This document shows positions 57,222 to 64,000 of a stretch of 64,000 nt of DNA, one piece after another. Numbering within the stretch: the stretch's first letter is position 1; each line of letters begins with the position of its first letter. This DNA comes from a virus, in IMG/VR virus record IMGVR_UViG_3300033141_003979, positions 32,001 to 96,000 of that record. One strand, 5' to 3'. The translations under genes and the position numbers were made by a program. The notes below the pieces were generated by a model. The model did not search any database, was not told where the DNA came from, and was given only the letters and a program-made list of their open reading frames with translations.

Positions 57222-57851
57222 ATGGCAGAAGAAAACGGAATAGCAAAAGCAGAATTGGTAGTAGCAGCCGAAGAATTGAATGAAAAGATTCTAACTAAAG
57301 AAACGGCAATCAAAATTACCGGAAGAAAGGCAACATCAGACCAGCTTGAGAAAGATATCAAAGATGCGGCTGCACTGATCAACCCTGAAGACCAATTTTC
57401 CGAAGAAACCTGGAAAGTCCTGAGAGAAATGGCGATAGAGGGGCTTCCGCAGATTCCTGTTAATGATAGCCCTCAGACAAGTGAAGTTGTTGAAGAATCG
57501 ATGGTAGAGACAGAAAAAACAGAATTGGCTACAGGCAAGACTGATAATACTCCCGAGAAGCAAGCAGATAGCTTACAGGACAAGCCGGAAGCTACAGGTG
57601 AAGGGCAAACTAAGGGGAAAGCAGGAAAAGCCGTTAAAAAGGCTGAGGCGAAGCCGAAGGGAAAGAAAAAAAGAAACAAGGGAATTGGTGAATTTGTACG
57701 TTCCGGCCTGATTGACGGATCTTTTAAGGGGATGAAAAACGCAGAAATTGCAAAATTGGCCGTAGAAAAATTTCACGGAAACACAAAACCTTCTTGTATT
57801 GGTTGGTATAAGAACAAATTGCAAAAAAGCAATATTGAAATAAATATTTAA
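57222..57851 (+). CDS. Hypothetical protein, acidic linker plus basic C-terminal DNA-binding-like domain
   Basis: AAGGAG RBS; K-rich segment then NAEIAKL...TKPSCIGWYKNKL. Confidence 0.65.
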   Translation: MAEENGIAKAELVVAAEELNEKILTKETAIKITGRKATSDQLEKDIKDAAALINPEDQFSEETWKVLREMAIEGLPQIPVNDSPQTSEVVEESMVETEKTELATGKTDNTPEKQADSLQDKPEATGEGQTKGKAGKAVKKAEAKPKGKKKRNKGIGEFVRSGLIDGSFKGMKNAEIAKLAVEKFHGNTKPSCIGWYKNKLQKSNIEINI

Positions 57852-57863
57852 AAAAAACAAAAC

Positions 57864-58943
57864 ATGCAGTATTTTGATTTTTCATATAAATGGCAACTAA
57901 AGACTGGATATCCAAAAAAGAAAAATGGCTATTTTGTTTTTAGTTGTTTTGCCTGTGGTGGCGGTTCAACAATGGGATATAAATTAGCCGGATATGATGT
58001 TTTAGGGTTTAATGAAATAGACCCTAAAATGGCAGAATGTTATATTGAAAATCATAATCCCAAATATCAATTTATAGAACCTATACAAGAATTTAAAAAT
58101 AGAAATGATTTGCCAAAAGAATTATTTAATCTTGATATTCTTGATGGTTCACCCCCATGTTCAAATTTTTCAATGGCAGGCAATAGAGAAAAAGACTGGG
58201 GCAAAAAGAAAAAATTTAGAGAAGGGCAACAAGAACAAGTTCTTGATATCTTATTTTTTGATTTTATTGACCTTACTAAAAAATTACAGCCTAAAATTGT
58301 AATTTCAGAAAATGTTCCAGGAATTTTAATGGGAACGGCATTTCAATATGTTCAAAAAATATATAAGGATTTTAAAAATGCGGGATATTATACAATTCAT
58401 AGACTTTTAGATGCATCAAAAATGGGAGTCCCTCAAAAAAGAAAACGGGTATTTTTCTTTTCAATTAGGAAAGATTTAATAAAACATATTGATACATATG
58501 ATTTTTTTGATGAAAATCCTAAAATTGATTTAATGTTTAATGAGAAGGGAATTTTATTTAAAGAAATAAAAACAAATTCAAAAAGAAAAACTATTCAAAA
58601 AACAATTCAAGATGCTTATCATTATTGCACAATTAATAAAAATTCTGATTTTGCGCAATATTTTGAAAAAATAAGTGGCAAAAGAAAATATTTTAACACA
58701 CGATTGATTTTTAATAATGAAATTTGCAGCACAATAAAAAGTGACTGCACTCATATTATTGAAGGGGAGAAAGCATATATAAATAATGAGGAAATAAAAA
58801 AGGCAAGCACATTTCCTAATGATTATAATTTTAAAAAAAACAAAGTTGATTATTTATGTGGAATGTCAGTTCCACCAGTAATGATGGCGCAAATATCAAA
58901 ACAAATTGAAATTCAATGGCTTGATAAAATTTATCAAAAATAA
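57864..58943 (+). CDS. C5-cytosine DNA methyltransferase
   Basis: FACGGG (motif I), DGSPPCS (IV), ENV (VI), GVPQKRKRVF (VIII), GMSVPP (X). Confidence 0.92.
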   Translation: MQYFDFSYKWQLKTGYPKKKNGYFVFSCFACGGGSTMGYKLAGYDVLGFNEIDPKMAECYIENHNPKYQFIEPIQEFKNRNDLPKELFNLDILDGSPPCSNFSMAGNREKDWGKKKKFREGQQEQVLDILFFDFIDLTKKLQPKIVISENVPGILMGTAFQYVQKIYKDFKNAGYYTIHRLLDASKMGVPQKRKRVFFFSIRKDLIKHIDTYDFFDENPKIDLMFNEKGILFKEIKTNSKRKTIQKTIQDAYHYCTINKNSDFAQYFEKISGKRKYFNTRLIFNNEICSTIKSDCTHIIEGEKAYINNEEIKKASTFPNDYNFKKNKVDYLCGMSVPPVMMAQISKQIEIQWLDKIYQK

Positions 58944-58945
58944 AA

Positions 58946-59359
58946 ATGAAAACAGAACCAATAAAAATATTATTTAATAGGTATATTTATGCTGAAGTAG
59001 ATAAAATTAGTCATGTTTTCGGGACAATCTTTATGGCTAATTGGGATTTTTACTACATCATGAGTGTTGATGCTATTAAACAGCACATGACTTCTGCCAT
59101 TAAATTGGTTGAGGAAATACAGCCAAAACCACCAGCAGCTATAAACAAAACTATCAAAGCTATGAGAAGAATGATTGATAAAGTAGAAGAAAAAGAGCAC
59201 TTTCTTCAGTTTATTAGTGATCTTGTTTTAGCAAAAGAAGGCCTTGGATTATTGCCAGGATTTGGTTGTGCCTTTACTGAAACCAATGAAGGCAAGGTAA
59301 AAGTTAAAGCAAAGATATGGCTTAATCCTGAAAAGCAATCTATTCGGGCAATTAAATAA
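58946..59359 (+). CDS. Hypothetical protein
   Basis: 137-aa operonic ORF. Confidence 0.6.
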   Translation: MKTEPIKILFNRYIYAEVDKISHVFGTIFMANWDFYYIMSVDAIKQHMTSAIKLVEEIQPKPPAAINKTIKAMRRMIDKVEEKEHFLQFISDLVLAKEGLGLLPGFGCAFTETNEGKVKVKAKIWLNPEKQSIRAIK

Positions 59360-59397
59360 TACTAGGAAATAATAAACCAAAATAAGGAGGAAAGTCA

Positions 59398-60459
59398 ATG
59401 GCAAGACGAACAAGGCAAACAGTAGAGGCAGAACCACAAACACAAGCAAATGAAGTTAATCGACAAGATCTCATTGATGCCCTGACTAAAGTCAACCCCG
59501 GTTTGGCAAAAAAAGAATTGATTGAGCAGTCAACCCATTTCATTTTTGACGACGACAAGATTTGGACTTACAATGATCAGATCACTATTATGCATAAATT
59601 CAACACCGGATTAACAGGGGCTGTCAAGGCAGAGAAATTCTTCAAGCTTCTTGATAAAATCCCCGATGAAACAATCCAGATCTCAGGTACCGAAAAGGGG
59701 AAAATAAAACTCTCCGGCAAAAAGATCAAGGCCACTATCAATATTGATCCAGATATCAAACTTCAGCCCATCCAGGTTCCCGGCATCAATTCTAAGCAGT
59801 GGGAGGAGTTGCCTAAAAACTTCTCAGATGCCATCGCTTTTGCCGCCTTTTCGGCAAGTCGAAACATGGCCCGACCAGAACTTACTTGCATTTGGATTAC
59901 GGACGGGCAGGCCGTATCATGCGATTCCTACCGGGGCACCAAATATCAGTTGGATTCCAAGATGGAGCAGGACTTTCTTCTCCCCGCAACAGCCGCAGTA
60001 GAGCTGGCAAAGTATACCCCCTACAAAATCATTATTGACGGGGGATGGCTGCATTTCATCAATAATGAGAAAACCTCATTTTCCTGCCGGACATATTATG
60101 ATGAAGAATATCCCGCAATGATCTGGAAGTTCTTTGAAATAGAAGGGCAAAAGATAGTGCTCCCAGACGACTTTCTTGATGCAATCGGAAGGGCAGAGAT
60201 CATGCTGACTGCGGACTTTGATCTTGATCGATTTGTATTACTAACTATGGAGGCCAATACATTAACCTGTAAAGGGGAGGGGATATATGGAGAGTTTGAA
60301 GAAACTACAGATATTGATTACAGCGGGGAAAAGATTGAAATCAAGGTCCATCCTGTTCTGCTCTCGCAAATCCTAAAGCACATCCAGGTTATGGTTGTTG
60401 GAGAAAGGCTCCTATTTCATGGGGATAAATTTCAGCATGGAGTTTGTTTGAGCTGCTAA
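59398..60459 (+). CDS. DNA polymerase III beta-clamp-like protein
   Basis: 353 aa; VNRQDLIDALTKV...AFSASRNMARPELTCI...SCDSYR...YP; close to DnaE. Confidence 0.7.
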   Translation: MARRTRQTVEAEPQTQANEVNRQDLIDALTKVNPGLAKKELIEQSTHFIFDDDKIWTYNDQITIMHKFNTGLTGAVKAEKFFKLLDKIPDETIQISGTEKGKIKLSGKKIKATINIDPDIKLQPIQVPGINSKQWEELPKNFSDAIAFAAFSASRNMARPELTCIWITDGQAVSCDSYRGTKYQLDSKMEQDFLLPATAAVELAKYTPYKIIIDGGWLHFINNEKTSFSCRTYYDEEYPAMIWKFFEIEGQKIVLPDDFLDAIGRAEIMLTADFDLDRFVLLTMEANTLTCKGEGIYGEFEETTDIDYSGEKIEIKVHPVLLSQILKHIQVMVVGERLLFHGDKFQHGVCLSC

Positions 60460-60471
60460 AAGAGGTGCAAA

Positions 60472-61020
60472 ATGAAAAAGATACCAACTATATTTAAACG
60501 TAATCCCAAAAATATGCGAGAACTCTTAGATGAAGTTCATCCAGATTGTTTATGGGTATTCGCTGGCGAGGGGATAGCGACCAGAAAGTATGACGGCACA
60601 TGCGTAAAAATAGAAGACGGAAAATATTTTAAACGGAGAGAAGTTAAGAGAGGTAAAAACGCACCCACTGACTTTATTGAAGAACAACTTGACGAAAATA
60701 CAGGCAAACGAGTTGGATGGGTGCTTGTTGACCCAAACTCTAAAGAGGATCAATGGCACATGGAAGCTTTCAACACATCCTTCATTGACGGTACATATGA
60801 ACTTGTCGGGCCTAAAATCCAAGGGAATCCTGAAGGGCATGGGCGCCATGCTCTTATAAAGCATAGCGAGGCGGGTATTTTTGGCAATGCACCACGAACA
60901 CTGGATGGTATCGCAGAGTTTTTAAAGGACAAAAATATAGAAGGGCTTGTATTTCATCACCCCGATGGTCGGATGGGTAAAATCAAAAAGAAGGATTTTC
61001 AACAAAAGAGGATTCCATGA
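60472..61020 (+). CDS. RNA-ligase-like nucleotidyltransferase (DUF5565-like)
   Basis: TRKYDGT (motif I), YELVGPKIQGNP (III), EGLVF (IV), KIK (V). Confidence 0.75.
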   Translation: MKKIPTIFKRNPKNMRELLDEVHPDCLWVFAGEGIATRKYDGTCVKIEDGKYFKRREVKRGKNAPTDFIEEQLDENTGKRVGWVLVDPNSKEDQWHMEAFNTSFIDGTYELVGPKIQGNPEGHGRHALIKHSEAGIFGNAPRTLDGIAEFLKDKNIEGLVFHHPDGRMGKIKKKDFQQKRIP

Positions 61021-64000
61021 CAGGTTTCTGCCACATCCATACCCATAATGAGTTCAGTTATCTTGATGGGTTCGGCTCTGCAAAACACTACATTGCCAAA
61101 GCAAAAGAACTAGGCATGCTGGCAATTGCCATAACAGATCATGGCGTGGTCGATGGTTGTATCGAGTGGCAAAAGGAATGTGACAAACAGGAAATGGGGT
61201 GTATTTTAGGGGTAGAAGCTTATATCGTTCCAGACGCCAATATCAAAAAGAAGGAAGATAAGCCTGCCCATATTACAATTCTTGTTCGTAATACTGCTGG
61301 CTGGATTGAGTTATGCAAACTTCTAACAAGGGCAAACCTAACAGGGTTTTATCGCAAACCCCGCCTAGATTTCAATACTTTACTCAATGCAGATTTATCC
61401 GGCCTTATCATTCTCACTGGATGCTCAAATTCATTCTTGAATTTGCCTGGCGGAATTGAAACTCTAAAAGAAATGCAGGATAGAATGAAGGGAAGAATCT
61501 ATCTTGAAATTATGCCGCATGATTTTCCTGTCCAATATGAACATAATAATCTAATCCAGAAACTACATGAAAAACATGATATCCCATTAGTAGCAACAAA
61601 TGACTGCCACTACATTGAAGAGGAAGACTGGGAGGCCCAGGAAATCTTGCTAGCCATTCAGACCAAAGCCAAGTGGGATGATCCGAAGCGGTGGCGCTTC
61701 GGGATTAAAGGATTACATCTTAGGACAGAAAGAGAGATGCTATTTGCATTCAGGAAACACTCTTTTTCTTCTAAGCAGATTGAACAGGCAATAGGCAATA
61801 CAGTTAAGATCGCAAAACTATGCTGTGAGTTCAGAATTCCAAAACAGGAGATCAGTTTGCCTTCCCCTTATGACAAAATCAATGATAATAAATTTCTGGA
61901 TAAACTATGTTGGCAACAGATCGATAAAGAAAAGTTAGATGATGATTATCAAAATCGATATCTCCATGAGTACCGTCTCATCAAGAAGAAAAAGTTTGCA
62001 AGATATTTTCTCATCGTCTATGACATCATCCAGCATTGCCATAGAGAAGGTATTGCGGTTGGCCCCGGAAGAGGAAGTATCGGAGGGTCACTGATCGCCT
62101 ATTTGTTGGGCATTACACAAGTTGATCCCATCAAATTCCATCTATCTTTTGCTAGATTCATTAGTGAAAATCGTATCGACTGGCCGGACATAGACCTCGA
62201 TTTCGAGACACGTCATAGAGAAAAGGTCCGCGAGTATCTATGTGATAAATACGGGAACAATAATATCTGCGGCATCTCTACAGAAATGAAGATGAAAAGC
62301 AAGGCTGCCCTGAGAGATGTAGGGAGAGTATTTGACATTCCTGCGGCAGATGTAGATGAAGTCACCAAAGCCATCAGGCAAAAGGAACACGAGCACGGAA
62401 GTGGCATTCAATCCGTAATTGATAAAACCAAAGAAGGAGAGAGATTCGCAAGGAAATATCCAAAAATAGTCAAGTTTGCCAAAAAGATGGAAGGCCATGT
62501 CCGGGGCAGTGGACAACATGCGGCGGCAGTCATCATATCAGACGAAGACTTGTCTGAGGGGAAGAAATGTGTCCTTGTCAGGCGTAAAGATAGAATTGTT
62601 TGCAATTGGAATATGAAAGACTGTGAATATGTTGGGTTGATGAAACTAGATGTTTTAGGATTGTCCACATTATCTGTATTGGCAGAAAGTGAAAGATTGA
62701 TTCAAGATATTCCTCTTGAAAGATTTAATCTTAACGACACCCCATTAGATGACAAAAAAGTATTTGACCTCATCAACAAAGGGGGGACTGCCGGAATGTT
62801 CCAAATTTCTGCAACTCCAACTACAATACTTTGCAAGGAAATGGGAGTTAACAATTTTGAAGATATTGTTGCCGCAATTGCCCTAGTCCGGCCCGGACCA
62901 GCAGATTCGGGGATGACAGAAAAATATCTCAAAAGAAAACACGGAGAGGCTTGGGAAAAGAAACATCAAATATATGAAGAGATTACTAAACATACTTATG
63001 GCATCCCGGTTTATCAAGAACAAATCATGCAGATAATCAGTCGTGTAGCAGGATTATCTGAAAGTACCGCAGATGAAATTCGCAAAGTAATTGGAAAGAA
63101 AAGAGATCCAAAAGAATTTGAACTATATCGAAAACAGTTTAAGAAGGGTTGTAAAAAAGCAAAAACCCTATCAGAAAAGGAAGCAGATGATTTTTGGAAA
63201 GGATTGTTAAAGTGGGCTAGTTATGGATTTAATCGTGCCCATTCTGTTTCCTATGCCTTGATTGGCTACTGGACAGGATGGTTAAAGGCAAATTACCCAG
63301 CAGAGTTTATTTGTGCTTCACTTTCCTATGGGGATTTCGACGACAAGTCATCGGATCTTGCCAAACAAAAGAAACCGCTCCTTGAGGAAATAATAAAACT
63401 TGGCATCACAATTATGCCTCCGAAAAAAGATTTATCAGATCCTACAAGATGGACGGTTAAGAATAATAGATTATACGTTCCATTTATAGAGATAATTGGA
63501 GTAGGGGAAACTCAAGCACAAAAATGTGCACAGAGCAAAAATACACAAACACGGCTAAAAAGCTTTTTTGGAAAAGAGTATCTTCCTGAAAAGAAAAACA
63601 AGATTGACACAATCCTTGACGAACTTAAAGTGTTCGACCCAGAAGTAATTCCATCATCGAAAGTCTTGTCAAGATATCTCCCTTTCAGCATTGAAAAAGA
63701 AGAGTCGTATTGTGGGTTAAAAGAAGTTCTTGGTTTTAGTTTCCCTAGAAAAGAAATCCCTAAATGGAAAACCCTTTATATTCCAAAATATCGTCTTCCT
63801 CCTGGATTAATCAGGCAAGCCCGCTTTCGCAATAGCAATTTAACAAAGTGTAGAAACTGTGAACTCGTAAATGAATGTAGAGCCCCTGTCATGCCTTCCT
63901 GTGGAATGTTTAATGTAATGATAATTGGCGAAGCTGCTGGCCCACAGGAGGACGAATATGGTAGGGGATTCTATGAAGAGGCCCCTGCAGGAGAATTGTT
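61017..64000 (+). CDS. dnaE: DNA polymerase III alpha (DnaE) fused to a uracil-DNA-glycosylase family-4-like domain (partial; not in ORF track)
   Basis: MTGFCHIHTHNEFSYLDG (PHP), GPGRGS, WPDIDLDF, KLDVLGL, YGFNRAH; then in frame CRNCEL...V...G..NVMIIGEAAGPQEDEYGRGF. Confidence 0.9.
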   Translation, partial: MTGFCHIHTHNEFSYLDGFGSAKHYIAKAKELGMLAIAITDHGVVDGCIEWQKECDKQEMGCILGVEAYIVPDANIKKKEDKPAHITILVRNTAGWIELCKLLTRANLTGFYRKPRLDFNTLLNADLSGLIILTGCSNSFLNLPGGIETLKEMQDRMKGRIYLEIMPHDFPVQYEHNNLIQKLHEKHDIPLVATNDCHYIEEEDWEAQEILLAIQTKAKWDDPKRWRFGIKGLHLRTEREMLFAFRKHSFSSKQIEQAIGNTVKIAKLCCEFRIPKQEISLPSPYDKINDNKFLDKLCWQQIDKEKLDDDYQNRYLHEYRLIKKKKFARYFLIVYDIIQHCHREGIAVGPGRGSIGGSLIAYLLGITQVDPIKFHLSFARFISENRIDWPDIDLDFETRHREKVREYLCDKYGNNNICGISTEMKMKSKAALRDVGRVFDIPAADVDEVTKAIRQKEHEHGSGIQSVIDKTKEGERFARKYPKIVKFAKKMEGHVRGSGQHAAAVIISDEDLSEGKKCVLVRRKDRIVCNWNMKDCEYVGLMKLDVLGLSTLSVLAESERLIQDIPLERFNLNDTPLDDKKVFDLINKGGTAGMFQISATPTTILCKEMGVNNFEDIVAAIALVRPGPADSGMTEKYLKRKHGEAWEKKHQIYEEITKHTYGIPVYQEQIMQIISRVAGLSESTADEIRKVIGKKRDPKEFELYRKQFKKGCKKAKTLSEKEADDFWKGLLKWASYGFNRAHSVSYALIGYWTGWLKANYPAEFICASLSYGDFDDKSSDLAKQKKPLLEEIIKLGITIMPPKKDLSDPTRWTVKNNRLYVPFIEIIGVGETQAQKCAQSKNTQTRLKSFFGKEYLPEKKNKIDTILDELKVFDPEVIPSSKVLSRYLPFSIEKEESYCGLKEVLGFSFPRKEIPKWKTLYIPKYRLPPGLIRQARFRNSNLTKCRNCELVNECRAPVMPSCGMFNVMIIGEAAGPQEDEYGRGFYEEAPAGEL

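Noticed and set aside
62213-62932. Short minus-strand ORFs in the track
   Set aside because: They are antisense to the dnaE frame, which the track omitted because it has no stop in the window.
1-64000. Genome-wide UGA or UAG reassignment
   Set aside because: Long genes are intact under code 11, and TGA is used as a true stop (many ATGA overlaps; TGA TAG at 2611). Only the 15389 site looks recoded.
51338-64000. Inteins in DnaB or DnaE
   Set aside because: No C...HN-[C/S/T] splice junctions or LAGLIDADG blocks were seen; the DnaB insert is short and Cys-rich instead.

Overview
The whole window is part of a large (>64 kb, open at both ends) tailed dsDNA phage genome. No host genes, integrase, tRNA or CRISPR array are visible. 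It has two divergent arms that switch at about 41.0-41.3 kb. The minus-strand late arm reads from right to left: TerS, PBSX-type TerL, a sigma factor, about 6.8 kb of accessory and lysis genes, HK97 portal, MuF with a metallopeptidase tip, prohead protease, major capsid, five paralogous decoration-like genes and a head-tail connector. After that come about 22 kb of very large accessory proteins, four of them with (Ser-Pro-Ser-X)n tracts, followed by a glycosyltransferase / methyltransferase / radical SAM / sulfotransferase cluster. The plus-strand early arm holds small early genes, a second sigma factor, a broken SF2 helicase, primase, an HTH replication protein, DnaB, an AT-rich IbrB/IbrA/GIY-YIG/EctC/HD cassette, a C5 DNA methylase, a beta-clamp-like protein, an RNA-ligase-like protein and DnaE. 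Highlights: (1) an in-frame UGA followed by a bacterial SECIS-like hairpin at the 5' end of a late gene, a candidate phage selenoprotein or recoding site that the ORF track missed; (2) a phage analogue of a serine-rich-repeat glycoprotein locus with its own glycan-building enzymes; (3) DnaE fused in frame to a family-4 uracil-DNA-glycosylase-like domain; (4) a kissing-loop RNA with a uORF, plus other structured leaders; (5) a solitary ectC inside an IbrAB cassette bounded by identical 32-bp promoter-like repeats. All family calls come from motifs recognised by eye; no searches were run.
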